64,000 nt of DNA, from contig NC_045696.1 of assembly GCF_009834535.1 (NCBI RefSeq), forward strand, positions 68,450,001 through 68,514,000. The letters are read 5' to 3'. Each line of letters begins with the position of its first letter. Positions within the stretch are counted from its first letter, which is position 1. The position numbers and the translations under genes are program-made. Shown here in pieces: positions 38,501 through 52,350 of the stretch. The stretch comes from Camelus ferus. Its lineage: Eukaryota. The notes beneath the pieces were generated by a model, which worked only from the letters and a program-made list of their open reading frames with translations, did not search any database and had not been told where the DNA came from.

Positions 38501-39804
38501 TCCTGGACCCGAATGGTACAGAATTTTAAAAGACAGGGAAGTTGTTTAGTCATCATCCTGTGCTGTAGGGCAAGTAGATATTATTTCCATTTCATGGGGA
38601 GAAAATGGACTTTTAGAAACGTAAATGACTCATTCAATTACATAGGGCTGATTAGTGTCAGGCAAGACTAGAACCGGGATGTTTTGAATTTCAGCCCCAT
38701 GTTCTGTCAACCACAGACCATGACGACAGTGCCCCAGCAGAGAAATGCTGGAGCACTCCCGGCTCTTCTCGGGAGGTGGGATGGGGCTGGGGAAGTGTTG
38801 GAGCTGATGGCCAGGTCCCGTAATTGCTGTTGTGTTGTGTCTCCGGTGGCCAGCTCAGAGCTGGTGGGCGGCCAGGAGGAAGCAGCACAGGCCTCTCAGG
38901 TGGGGCTCCAGCCTCGAGGCCAGCTCTGCCTTTAAATGAGTCTGACTTCAGCCAGGCTGGGCCTCAGTTTCCTCCCCTGTAAAATTGGGTAGGCGTGAAA
39001 GTGGATAGTCTCCCATCTCTAATTTTATGATTCTGTTTTATGATATGGTTTATTGGGTTTTTCCTCATTACAGAGGGAACATATCGTCATAAACTTTCAA
39101 TTCTGTTTCCAAGCATGGGGGTGAGAGGGCGACTGGAGTCACAGAGGAAGAACTGGAGACCTTTATCTTTATAGACACAGATAAATCACAATTTACTAGC
39201 TTCTGTAAAACCTTGGCTGAATATGATAGGGGACAGGAGAGTTAAGGGAGGAGGCAGAGACTAGGGGAGTGGGAAGACTGAAAACAAATTTAGAATGATA
39301 ACGGTGAAGAAAAAAAAACAAGAAAGAAAAAAATGAAGCCACTCTAATTAAAAATAGCTGAAACCCCAGAGATGTGTTTAAAAGCAATCACACTGGATTG
39401 TTCAAATTAAGAACAATAAAGAAATGGCTATGCCAACTCACTCCATATTCGGAGTGCCTTTAAAAAATAATAATAAACTGATATTAGAAAAAAGCTTTTC
39501 CTCTTGCAAATTTTCCCCTTGCTGCAGAAAGAGAAAAACAGATAATTTCACATCATTTCCCTCTACTTTTTGGGTGCTAGGATGAAAGGAGAATGAAATT
39601 AAATCCACTTTAAATGTTTTCCTTCCAGGCTGTAAAGCTGAGGGCATCATTTATCCCAGCCCTGGTACTTATATAATCTTGGGGAGCCCTTGGAAGTCAT
39701 TAAATAAAAAGAAGACATCAAATAATAGAAAAGAAGGCAATTAAAATGCTAGACCCAATAAGATAGAAGACTTGATTTTAATTCAAGTCCAGGACCCAGA
39801 ATAT

Positions 39805-40585
39805 TGGAAAATGACCAATGCTAGAGAGGCTGTGGACAAAAGGGACCCTCCTACAGTGCTGGTGGGGATGCAGTTTGGTGCAGCCACTATGGAAAACAGT
39901 ATGGAGATTCCTCAAAAGACTAGGAATAGACTTACCATATGACCCTGGAACCCCGCTCCTGGGCATATATCCAGAAGGAATCCTACTTCAAAAAGACACC
40001 TGCACCCCAATGTTCATAGCAGCACTATTTACAATAGCCAAAACATGGAAACAGCCTAAATGTCCATCAACAGGTGGATAAAGAAGATGTGGTATATTTA
40101 TACAATGGAATACTATTCAGTTATAAAAATGACAACATAACGCCATTTGCAGCAACATGGATACTCCTGGAGAATGTCATTCTAAGTGAAGTAAGCCAGA
40201 AAGAGAAAGAAAAATACCATATGAGATCGCTCACATGTGGAATCTAAAAAAAAAAAAAAAAAAGAACATAAATACAAAACAGAAACAGACTCATAGACAT
40301 AGAATACAAACTTGTGGTTGCCAAGGGGGCGGATGGTGGGAAGGGACAGACTGGGATTTCAAAATTTGTAGATACTGACAGGCATATGCAGAATAGATAA
40401 ACAAGATTATACTGTATAGCACAGGGAAATATATACAAGATCTTGTGGTAGCTCACAGCAAAAAAGAATGTGACAATGAATATATGTATGTTCATATATA
40501 ACTGAAAAATTGTGCTCTACACTGGAATTTGACACAACATTGTAAAATGACTACAATTCAATAAAAAAAAAAGTTAAAAAAAATA
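39805..40585 (+). mobile_element. 5'-truncated L1 (ORF2 C-terminus, 3' UTR, poly-A)
   Basis: Translation [30 protein letters not shown]...[23 protein letters not shown] is the L1 ORF2 cysteine-rich tail. Ends in AATAAAAAAAA. Confidence 0.95.
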
Positions 40586-43084
40586 ATGCCTGTAGGAGTG
40601 GAAGGGGGACCATGGCTTCTTGGTTGCCAGGCCATCTTTCCTTGTATAGAGGAGAAATGGACATAGCTGACCCAATGAGTCTGGTAGTTCTAAGGCTCCC
40701 TGAACCTCGGAGGAGAACTGGGTCTTGCGCAGGGTGCATGCAGAGGGTGTAGATTTCAAATGTGGAGATCCGCTGGGATGGGATCTGTTTCGTAAGAGGA
40801 AGACAGCTTAGCCTGGGAGGTCAGATTTAGAGGCTTGTCTTCTTTTGTATCTGTTCTGTCTGACTCTGGGCGTGGGCCCTGGGGTTCTTGTGACTAAGAA
40901 TCTCTACAGGAGGCTGCACTTGCTCAGACTAATGGCTCTCTACGCGCAGCAGGATCCCAGATTCAGGCCCTTCTAGTCCAGACAACCTGAAGTTAGCTAC
41001 CCTAGGAAGCAAAGGCCCCCCAGACACGTTTTCCAGAGGGTCATCTTTGTGGCTCCAGCACTGAGACGATGTCCACCTGTTTCAGGAGATCGTGGTGTCT
41101 CTGGAATCCCCCTGTCATTCCAGTTTCTGCCCTTGGTCATCCCTGGGGGACCATTGGCTCAAAACCCTCAAAATGTGCATATGACAGCATAAAGTGTTCT
41201 CTTTTCCACTCTTTCCAGGGCAGATGCAGAAGCAGGAAAGGCCAGAAATTGTCAATGAGTTTAGGATGGGGCTTAAAGAATCAGGTCTGAGCCTTGCAGG
41301 AAGGGTACAGACTCTTAGAAAATGGGCGTGAAAGGTCCCACTGCACAGACTTTCCAGGTGCTACCATCTGCTTGAGGCCGTGGCCCAGGGAGTGCATCTG
41401 TCTGCCCATGGCCATGCTGGGCTCATTGACTCTGGGGTATTCAGTAAGGAATGAATGTTTCCTGAATCTGAGAGGCTCTTCAACCTCAGTTGTTTAGGTA
41501 AGTTTTAAGAAGTCTGAAAGGTTTCATTGTTGTGATTTGTTTGTTTGCTTTTCTACTTGAGAATCCGAATGATGTAGTTAGAAGCACACTGGATTTTAAA
41601 TAATGGCAACAGCACAGATTCTCTCCTTTAACCCTTTCCTCTGACATGAAATAAGTGTTACTGTTATTCTTACTTTACAGTGAAGCTTAGCAAGATTGTG
41701 GCAGAGCTTGGAATAGAACCTGGCTCTGTCTGACTTTAAGAATGCTTCTGTATCAACTCCATATTAGAAAAGAGTCATAGCCCCCAGGCATCTCCTCCTG
41801 TTACACTTGGATGGGTCTAGCAGTGAGATCCAGCACAGGCAAACTTTTGGGAGGTCTTGTTGAATAGGGTCTGTAGGAGATCAATCCAATCAGCACAATT
41901 ATTAAGTAAATAGTGGGAAATAAAGTTTTCTAGGTGGAGAAGAGATTGCAAACCAGTTGGATGGACTTAGTATGGCGACCAGTGTCAACTCTTCAAGGGT
42001 TGTGGATAGAGGAGTGAGTGTCTAGGTCCAGAGCCAGGCAAAGATCAACAGGCAGAGAGGCCACATCCAAAGTCCATCCCGTCATTCACTGGTTGAATTT
42101 AAGGTGAGCTGGTGGCAGGGAGAGCCAATATGATTGTTGGATTGTGTGAGGGTTGGAGGCCTGACCCAGTGAGGGAATAATCAAGGGACATTTTGGAAAG
42201 AAAAAAAAAAACAATGACAGTATTTGATGACAAATTAGACATAAGACCTTAAGGAGAGTAATGAGTCAAGCGTGACTGAGGTTCCTAACTGAAAAAGGTA
42301 TATGCACACAGATTTCTTTTCCATCTCAGAACCACGCTAAGACAAGGCATCCACAGGAACCAAGTCAGGTATAGCTCAAGGATTTGGGGAGAATGGCAGA
42401 AAATATTGCTCTCAGGAATGGAATTTAACAGAAACGTATGACATTCATCAAGTATGGAATGTTTCCAAGAAATTGCTCACTTGGAGATGACTTCTGAATA
42501 TTGTTAGTGAAACTAAAACTTTTTTTCTAAATTCCTCTAAGGCATTTGAAGGATATCAATTTCAAATATAATTCATATTAAATGTGTGGTAGTTCTGAGG
42601 CTCCTCATTGGTCCTGCTTATCTGTAAGGTGTATTTAGGTGTGCCCTTGACTGATACATAACTAAAGGTGTTTTTGTAACTGATTAAGGCAAATAATAAA
42701 GGAAATTCAGAGAGGGGAAATTGCCTAATGATTATAGTACTTTCTAGTGAGAGAGAGAGTCTGTACTTCAGACTGAGCAACAGAAGCCTCATAACAGACC
42801 AAGAATAATGTATTAGGTTTTACTACACTAGAAAAAATACCTAAAAATATAATATAATTTCCTCTGCTTTAATTTTTCTGCCACTAGACAAACTTCTGTT
42901 GATCTGCTCCATTCTCGGGTACCCTGATCCTAGAAATGGGGTGCCCTGGATGAAATAATGTTAATAATAAGAAAATTAGTGTCAGTTTGGGCTCTTGGAC
43001 TCTTGTGAATTTGGGTAATTTGAGTCACTCCCCTAACCCTAGGTGAACTCATCTAATTCAGGCATAAATTTATTTTATTATTAC

Positions 43085-43550
43085 TGGTTTATTAGATTCC
43101 AATTGCTGCTGTAACAAATTAGCATAATGTATTGGCTGAAAGTAACACAAACTTATCACCTTATAGCTCTGGAGGTCAGAAGCCCCAAATCAGTCCCACA
43201 CTGTCGACAAGACTGTGTTCCTTCTAGAAGTTCTGGGGAGAATCTATTTCCTTTTTTCAGCTTCTGAAGACTTCTTACGTTCCTTGGTTCATAGCCCCAC
43301 ATCATTCCAGTTTCCTCTTCCATTGCTACCTCTCCTTGTCCTTCTCTGACTCTGAGCTTTCTGTTTCCCTCTTACAAGGCCCTTTGTCCTCTGGGCCCAT
43401 ATAGATAATCCAGGATAATCTCCTCATGACAAGATTCTCCATGCAATCACATCTGCAAAACCCCTTTTCCCATGTAAGATAACATATTTGTAGATTCAGG
43501 AATTAGGACATTAACTTCTTTGGGAAAGGTGATTATTTTGCAGACCACAA
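43085..43550. mobile_element. MLT1 (MaLR) solo LTR
   Basis: ATTGCTGCTGTAACAAATTAGC...GATAATCCAGGATAATCTCC...CACATCTGCAAAACCCCTTTT. Confidence 0.85.
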
Positions 43551-46500
43551 ATACATTTGCCCAAAAGACTAAGGGCCAGTCCCTGGTTGTATAATGTTCC
43601 TAAGTCACAGGTGTATTATCCAAGGTCCTAATCTCTGAGATGGGACTTGACTGAGCAAGTCAATGACAACCTTAAGATGGGTCAAAGGAAAGTCATTATT
43701 TATGGCTAAAGGGGGACCATGAATACAAATAAGACTGCACCAGAAGGACGGTAAGCAGAATGGTGATATTTCTTGGATATTGGTCACATGATGAACACTT
43801 AAAAGAAGTTGACTCCCAGCCTTTGGATCTGTTCAAACAAAGGCTGGACTATTATTTGGTAAGGATGTTAAAAGGAGACTCAAATGATGGCAGGACTCAA
43901 CGATGTTTGTGATTCCTCTAATTTTGAATACCTGTTAGTTTACTAAGTGGATTGGATGGGAAAGTTCCATTTTGTTCAGGAAATACTGTCCCTTAGTAGT
44001 CATTACCCAATGTATATTTATAATGATGAGTCAAATAAAGCTCCAGAACTCACCATCAAGAAACAAAAAGTCCCAGGGAACAAAATGGACTTCACCCTCA
44101 CAGTTTCCATTAAAGTTAATGAAAAGTTAATCGTGTCAGTAGAAGTGACATAGTAGAATCTTGAGAAATTTGAGTAACAGAAGGGCTCCAAATGGTATTG
44201 GTTGAACACTAATTCATGTAACTCAGCTTTACATGAAGTGGGGAGGATAAAGGACAGTGAAAGATTGTGTTAATGCTTTGCAAAACACTTCAAACCTAGC
44301 TGTAGCAACATTGCCTCTTAGCTTGAAGTGTTTGTCCCAATGAACCACTTCATTAAAAAAGAGTGGTTTGAGCTACTTAATAGCTTCACTATCAAGTCAT
44401 GAAGGCCCTGAAAAGCTGGCCTTGCCATTAAATTGTTCCCATCCTGTCTGCAGAATTGTCTGGCTGCTAATCTCAATTTCCTCCTCTACTTTTTAACCCT
44501 TTCCTAATATTTTCACTTTGGGATTTCTTGTCTTTTTTGTTATTTGAATGCTATCTGCTTGTATATAAATGAAGGAATGGAAGGGGTTGGAAAGGTGTGT
44601 GAATAGGCAGTGGAGGGGGGAGGGTGCCAAAAGGGAGGCACTTCAGCTCTTGGCAAATTCTTAGACTCCTAGAATGCCAAAGCTGGAAGGGCTTTTGGAG
44701 ATTGCCCACCCCCAATCTCTTATTTTATAACTGAGGCAATGGGTCCAGAGAAGGACAGGGAGTTGTCCGAGGCCTCAGCAGGACTAGTGAAAGGAAGCGG
44801 GGGAGTAGACCTCACTCCCTCTAGCGTTCAGGTTGGTGTGTTCTTTCTACTGATGATCATATTCCATCTTCTGGTGGCGGCCTGTGGCTTCCCCACCCCT
44901 CTTAGTCTTGCGGAGGGCTTTCTGGTGCCCCCCATCAGTTGTGAACCTAAGGAAGCCCATGACAAGAATTTGAAACTTTGTCACTCACCTACCCTCATCC
45001 CCCCAAATCGACTTCTCTCTCCCTGCTTGATTTTAAAAGCTAGTTGACCAGCACATGACTTTCCTTCTTCTGGGCACTTGCTCTCACCTTTCCCCCCACA
45101 CAGGATGTCCTCCCAATCTGGACGGCATCCCTCACTCCCCCCACTGGAAAGTGTTCTCATCCCTCTGAATCTTTATAGCTTCTCTTATGTTTCCCTCTAA
45201 GGTGCTGAGTGTTTTCTAAATTGTATTAGTTATTCGTGCAAATGTCTTAATGCACATAGTGATGAATTTCCTGAGGACCAAGCCCAGATCTGAGTTAACC
45301 ATATATTCCCCATAGGGAGGCCTGGCACACAGAGGGTAATGATCATGGTGACAGCAGATACTAGCAAGGCCAGAAATTGTTTACACCTTCTTACAGTTAC
45401 TCACGCCTTTAACCCCACAACTACATGAGGTAATGTTTTAAATCTCTACTTTATAGATGAAGAAACTGAGGCACAGGAGGTTTAGGTATATTGTCTAAGG
45501 TTTCCCAGTAGTAAGTAATGATGCCCAAATCTGAACCAGGGAAACTGACTCCAGAGCCCAACCCTTAATCACTACACGGAATAGCCTACATGTTTGTTGA
45601 AATATCTGTATAGCTGTATCTATGGCTGTGTCTACATCTGTGTGTCTGCCTGTCTTTATCTATCTATCCATATATCTATCTATCCATCCATCCATCCTTC
45701 TATCTACACCTATACTTACATATACATCTGTAACTGTAAAGGTGTTACCAAATGGCATTCACTTAGATGGCCACTCGTTTTAATTATTTAAAACTTGCAT
45801 TTTTATTATGAACTAAAGCAGTGAGTACTGTGGGTTGCTAAAGCATCGGGGCCGGCTGAGAGAGAAGAGTTCAGGAACAAAAGCACCATCTCTCTCTCTG
45901 AATCATCTCAACGAAGATGCGTCGTGGATTTTCTGCGGAGTGAAAGTGAGAACAGTACTTTATTTTTAATTACCTGTAAATACTCCTGGCTTTTCTATTT
46001 ACCTTGGCAGAATCAAGAACAAATACTAAAAGGGGGGTGCAGGTACCTGGAGGCTATAACCAGGCTGGGTTTTCACATGAATCAATATTAACATTATTTG
46101 GTTTTCCTGTCTCCCCCATTAAGGTAGGTTCCAGGAGCTTTAATAATTAATCAAATTAGGACCTAAAAATCATTCCCCTTTTAGGAAGTTTGTTTCTGTT
46201 AGCTATCAGTTAACACTGATGACTCCAGCATCCATCTCAGCGTGCTTTGAAAATGAGAAATGGAAAAGTGCCACAGTGTGTTAATGGAGCCGTAATACAT
46301 GTCGCCTAATGAAGCATGAAGGCCTTGTTTGCTCTGAACGCTGTAATTATTTAAGAGCTTTTAAAGCCCAATGTCAAACGCTGCCTCTCGCCTACCTCTT
46401 TCTCACAAACTGGAGTGATGCACTTAATGTTTTATCTCAATTCGATGGAGGTGAACTGAAAATAAATAGCTAATTATGCATTTCCATTTGCCAAATTCTT

Positions 46501-46714
46501 TCATTACCATGAAAAGCTTTTGCCAGTCGAGGCTCTGTCGTTGAGGGATGCTTCATAGTAAAGTTAGGAGCTATGATTTACTGATAGCCTACTACGTGCA
46601 GGACCTCACACAGGATTTCCCGCATCGTTCACCCCGTGAACGCTCACCACCTCCCTGTGAATCATAGACGAGATGTGTGGGGCCCCGCTATGTCTGAGGA
46701 CACATAAGAATCAG

Positions 46715-46985
46715 CAACCAGAGCAGAGTGTTTGTATGCATGGGTCTGAGTCACACTCTCTGGGTTCAAATCCTGATTCCACTACTTTCATACTGTGTGA
46801 CCTCAGGCAAGTTACTGAACCTCTCTGTGACTTGTTTGTTTCCTCATGTATAAAAAGGAGGTGATGATAAAAATGCACCTCACCTCCCAGGCTGACTGCT
46901 GGGACTAAATGATATGCCTGCAGAGCATTCAGAACTGTGCCCGACACACGGTAAGGGCTCAGAAAACGTTAGCTATTGTTATTAT
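46715..46985 (+). mobile_element. MIR SINE
   Basis: CTGGGTTCAAATCCTG...TGTGACCTCAGGCAAGTTACTGAACCTCTCTGTG. Confidence 0.85.
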
Positions 46986-49900
46986 ATATCTCTTTGTACC
47001 ATGCTATGTGGCCTCTGAAAAAGGTCAACGGTCACTGTGTGCCTGAAAGAGTTGGGGGCCGAATGCTAGTGGAGAAGAAAGACCAGGGGGCCAGGAATGG
47101 GAATATTGTCATCCGCTTTGTCTGCACTTACCTAGCTGGCTGGTGCCTGTGAGCAGATCTGTTCGCCCTCTGGGCTTCAGAGCCTCATCTATACAATGAG
47201 GCTGACTGCCCCTTGCTCTCGCTATGGAGATTATAAGCCACGTCGGCGAGAGAGAGGGATTTGAAATCTGCCGGTGCCTGGTACCCTGGTGTAAGGGAGT
47301 CTCCCTGTAGGGTGCTCTCCTGCGTACTCTAGGAGGTAAAGGCCAAGAAGACTTGTCCCTGTCCTCAAAGGACTTGACACTGAGTGCAGTGTCCAGGCAG
47401 ACAGAATACCTAGTAAGCAGGCCCAAGGGGCCAATGAAGCAGGAGGCACTGAGTCATTGGAGGCCAGCAGGAGCTGCTCCCGGGAGGATGTCATACTGGG
47501 GTTAGTCCTCAAAGGGTGAGCGATCCGGACAGGGATAGGGTAAGGAGAGGGCAGGTCATGGGAAGGCGACAGCATCAACACAGGCACTGAGCAGGTGACA
47601 AACAGGATGCGCACATCTGAGAGACGGTGTGTTGCACAGTATGATTCAAACCCAGGGACTATCTAGGAAAAAAAATAGGCCTCTAGTACAAAAGATTTGG
47701 CTTTAGTTCAGATCTCAACTTTACCTGAATAACTGTGAAATTCACAAAGTGATTTTCTCAAAATTCCTCAAATTTTTTTCCACATCTGTAAAAAGTGAAT
47801 CAGTCATACGCAACTCACGTTTATAAGGATCGATAAACTGATGCATTTAAAGCACTGAGAACAGTGCCTGACCCTTAGTAGGTGGTCAACAGGTACTACA
47901 CAGTGTTTTTCACCAGGAGACAAGGAATAAAGGTAGACTGGGACCAATTTGTGTGGAACTTGTTCTATTCAAATGAGAAACGTGGACTTTACTCTGTAGG
48001 TGATAGGGAGCCACAGAAAATTCACAAGCAGGCCAGTGTGGTGAGCCCTGCTCAGAGGCAGGGAAGCTATCCTCACCAGCTGCCTAGAGGATGGGCAGCT
48101 GTGGGGGCTCCCGGGCAGGTGAGCCCTGCTCATAGGTGAGGCTGTCCACACAGCAGCATCTCTGGTTATGTGGCACGTTCCCACTGCGAAATGGAGAAGA
48201 AAGGCATCACTTCCATTTCACACATGAGGAAATCAAGCCCTAGGGAATCCAAATGATTTGCCTAAATTTGTACAGTCCATTAGTGGCAGAGCTGGGATTA
48301 GAATCTTAGTATCTGGACTTCTGGTCCAGTGCTCTGTGCTATAGATGAATCTGTGATATGGGATAATCCGGGGTATCAGGCAAGGACCCCATATCACAGA
48401 GAAAGTCTCTGGCATCCCCTGTTAATACCTGAAAGGAGCTACTCCCAGGCATTGGATCCTTGTTAAAATGCAAATGCCTGTGTGTGTGTGTGTGTGTGTG
48501 TTTCTGTGTGTGTTTGCACGCACACTTGTGCACACACGCTGGCACAGGCATAGCATGGCTGATAGGGGGCAGGGGTCATTTTAGCCATACAAATCCCAGT
48601 GTCAAGGTGAGGTCAGACAGCAGAATACTTGGGGGAGGAAGGAACCTCAGGACTCTGGCACTCAACACAGTATGAAGCGGCCAGTGGGCAGGCAGACTTG
48701 GAGAGGAAGCCAACTGTGTGAAATTTGCTGAGGATCCCCTGTGCTTTGCAAGCCTCTCACCTTCATGTTGTCATCAGGACAATGAGCTGCTGTTCAGGAT
48801 CTCTGAGTTAGTGTTTCTTCTGTCCTCCTCCAGATGTGGACACTGGCAGATCACATCCCAGTGGGTTTAAAAAGTCTGACATAGCTGGTGCCCACCGCCC
48901 AGTGAAAGGGCTGAGGTCTGAAGAAGAATGTGACACTGAATGTTCCCTAAAAATAGATCCCCTCTGCTGCCCTGTCATCTTCCAGCTCCAAATGGCACTC
49001 AGTCCGGGGAGTGGTCTAAGAATCCTGACCATCACAGGCAGGGAGAACTGATGGATATATTGACTTTTGGCTCCTTGAAGCCTGTTAGAACAATGAAATT
49101 CCACCAGGCGATGTTTCTGTCATGTAAACAAGTTCTCAAGAATATATCTCTGAGATAAGGTTTATACAATACCTTCTTGACAGGCCCTCCAGAGCTCTTC
49201 AGACTGTGAGCACAAATTCACAGGGCTTCATTCAGCTGGGAGGAGAGGAATGCGATGACTTTTTGGAAAATATTTTATTTTGCCTTGAATTGTAGAACTC
49301 CTGTCATTTTTCTTAGCTGAGACTATGAGCTGATTGCTAGAATTTGGGGCTGGATGTCCATGTCCAGAGTGAACTCATATTCACTCATAAAGCTCTAAAG
49401 TTGCTGCCCAACCTTCCTGCACTGTCTGGGTCATATCTCATCCCCTCAAGCCCACCCTATGGTTCTTCACTATTTCCAGGGTGGGTCCCAATGTCAAGTC
49501 CCTTTAACCTCTGGCCTCAATCTTCCAGCTGCTGCATTTCACATCGATGTCCTCATTGTGCCTCCAAGCTTCACATACCCTCAGTTTCCTTTCCCCAGCC
49601 TGCCAGGCTCTGCCCAACTCGTTCCCTTTTCTCATGCTTCTCTGCCTGGAAAGTCCTTTGGCAACATTGGCTACTTTGGAAAATCTTCTTCACCAAAGTC
49701 TGCAACCTTCTTGAACCCTCGAAGATCACTTCCCCAATTAAAATGATGCCCTCAGTGCTCTCAAAGCCAGTAGTTTGCACTCAGGTTATTGGCTTTTTAA
49801 AATTTATTTCGTTAGCCATCCAACTTCCTCAAAAGCAGCTATATTTGTAGCCCCGTGCTGGACCTTGAACAGGGGTACGGAGATGAGTATTAAAGAGAGC

Positions 49901-50699
49901 GGCAGGCAAAATGTCAAGAGAGAAGAGTGTGGTGGTTAGCTGATTGCACACATGTCACGTTTTCCCTCAGCAGACCATATATTCGTGGGAGGCAGGGTGG
50001 TATAAAGAGAAAGTGCTTGGTCATTGCAGCCAAAAAAGCCTGGGCACTATTCATACTAACTGGCTGTGGAATTGAATTTCAGGTTCCTCTTCTGTAAATG
50101 GAGATAATAATATCTCCTGGGAGCTGTGTTGTGGGATTGAATTGAACAATAAATGCCATGTGCTTAGCTCACGACCCAAGCTAAACCAACAAACCTTCAT
50201 GCCCAGCTTTGCTAAACAGCAAGTGTTAGAGTAATGAGAATTTAGTCTACAGAAAAAAAAAAAATCAGATGTCCATCAGATGCCCCTGAAATTAAGATGA
50301 TAAAAATCCACCCACAACAAGAACAAACAAAGGCAAGAAAAGTATCATGTAGAAAATGAATTTTCAGAGGATATTCTTGAGCATTGCTGTTACTACAATC
50401 TAAAAGATGTCAATCCACCAGCATTGACTAGCCTATCATGTGCTGAAGCTGGGCACAAATGAAAAGCAAATATGTAAAACTGAAATAGTCTAGAAGGAAG
50501 AAATAACTGACCCAGAAAATCAGGTTCTGAGGATAGAAGGGAATTGGATTTCTAAGGTAGGAAAAAAAAACAAACAAAACAAAAACAACTAGGAGTGCAT
50601 GGATTGGAAGGAAATGATGAAAGGAAAGAGTAAACGAACTTTTAAGATGAAAAATGTAACAAGACTTAAGCTAGACAGAGAAAGACAAAGACTTCTTGG

Positions 50700-51050
50700 T
50701 ATCACTTAAACGTGGAAGTCAAACTCGGAGAAATGGAGCAGAGAAGCGGTTGCTGGGGGCTGGAGGGTGGGGGCAACAGGGTTATGTTGGTAGAAGGGTA
50801 CAGACTTCCAGTTATAAGATAACTAAGATCTGAGAGTCGGATGTAAAACAAGGTGATTATAGCTGATAGCACTGTGTGTACAACCGAAATTTGCTAAGAG
50901 AGTAGAACTTAAATGCTCTTACCAAAATGAACGTGTTAAATAACTAGACTCCTTTCGCAGTGTATAAGCATGCCAAATCACCACGAAGTACGCTTTAAAT
51001 ATCTTACAATTTTACATGTCAGTTACACCTCAGTAAAGCTGAAAAAATAT
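50700..51050 (+). mobile_element. L1MA-type 3' end
   Basis: AAGGGTACAGACTTCCAGTTATAAGAT...AAATTTGCTAAGAGAGTAGAACTTAAATG...CTCAGTAAAGCTGAAAAAA. Confidence 0.85.
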
Positions 51051-51509
51051 AACAAAACTCTCCACCTGAGTTCCTTTGATCTTCCACAGTTCAAGACTGG
51101 TACTTAAGGGCAAGAAGCCCCACACAAAGTGGCAACCACTTCTTTACCCCATAAGCTGGTGAGGTGCCATCCTAGTTTATTTCTGCTCTACAGCTTATTC
51201 CAGCCACGTGTAAGTGACTGTTTCCCCTCCCCTAGTTGGACTGTGAGACCCTTGGGGGCAGAGGACAGGATTTCATTCACATTTGCTTTCCCAGGCCTTG
51301 CCTTGAGCCAGTAACTATAAATAACCATGGGAGGAGGAGAAAAAGAGGAGAGGGTGGCGGGCTGGGGGGAGGGGTGGTGAGTAAATTAGGGAAAGTAGGA
51401 AGAAACAAGAGGATTTCCTCCCCGTTCTTTTTAGCAGATTATAACAACTTCACCTGAAGTTACAGTAATTAAATTGTTAAATGTGAGCAGAATTTGGAGA
51501 CCCTTGTGG

Positions 51510-51642
51510 AGCAGTGATCTCAGCGGTTGTCAAACATGGATGAGTAGAGAAGTCATAGTGAGCCCAGGAATCTGCACTTTTAACAAGCTGTCCCTGTAAT
51601 CCTGGAGCAGGTAGTCCCAGAAGCGCAGTTTGAGAAACACTA
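51510..51642. mobile_element. MER5A-like DNA transposon fragment
   Basis: GCCCAGGAATCTGCACTTTTAACAAGC...AGTTTGAGAAACACT. Confidence 0.75.
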
Positions 51643-52129
51643 TTACTTGACCAGCCAATTCTACCATCCATTCAGTCAATGAACACTTATCAAGGCCTAT
51701 GCTGTGCCCGGTGCTGTGCTGGAGTCTGTTGTGGAGCTTAAACTGATGGGGGAACCCACACAAATGGGTTCAGAGATAAATAAAACAAGCAAAAGCCCAT
51801 TTTACTCATGAGGAAGCAGGGATCAGAGAAGTACTCTTCTCACTGCAAGTCAGAGCCGTTCTGACAAAAAAAAAATAACAAAACAACAACTTATAAGTAA
51901 GTAAACATCAAATAAACTTCAAGAATATTTTCTTTTTTTCTCATTTTGGCCATTTCCCTTTGAATAAAGGGGAGGAACAGGCCGGAAGGCTTTTCATTCC
52001 TGCTCACAAAAAGCGCTGTGACTGTGTTTTTTATCATGTCGCCACCCCACCCCCCCACCCCCCCCCCACCCCCCGGGTAGATAGCTTCAAAGGATGCAGC
52101 TGTTAGCAATCCTTTTCCCTTACTGAGGA

Positions 52130-52350
52130 TTTAGTGGCCAAGAGTATGGAGTTGAGGCCCAGATTCTGGTCCTGACACCCTGGCTTTAGCATTTACTTGC
52201 TGTGTGATCTTGAACAGGTCATGTAACCTCCCTGACAAAGTCTTATGTGTACAATGGAGATGAAAATCGTACCTGCCTAATAAGGTTAAATCAGTGAATT
52301 CACGTAGAATGTTAAGCACAGATTCTGACATAGCATGTGCTCAGTAAGTC
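52130..52350 (+). mobile_element. MIR SINE
   Basis: TTACTTGCTGTGTGATCTTGAACAGGTCATGTAACCTC and AGCATGTGCTCAGTAA. Confidence 0.7.

Noticed and set aside
39818..40081. 87-aa ORF as a host gene
   Set aside because: It is a C-terminal fragment of L1 ORF2 in a truncated element.
48041..48137. Direct repeat GTGAGCCCTGCTCA twice, about 78 bp apart
   Set aside because: Only two copies with no L1/SINE body or tail between them. No function supportable, and not CRISPR-like in a mammalian context.
49344..49850. 168-aa ORF
   Set aside because: TTG start, overlaps pyrimidine-rich L2-like sequence, no recognisable homology.
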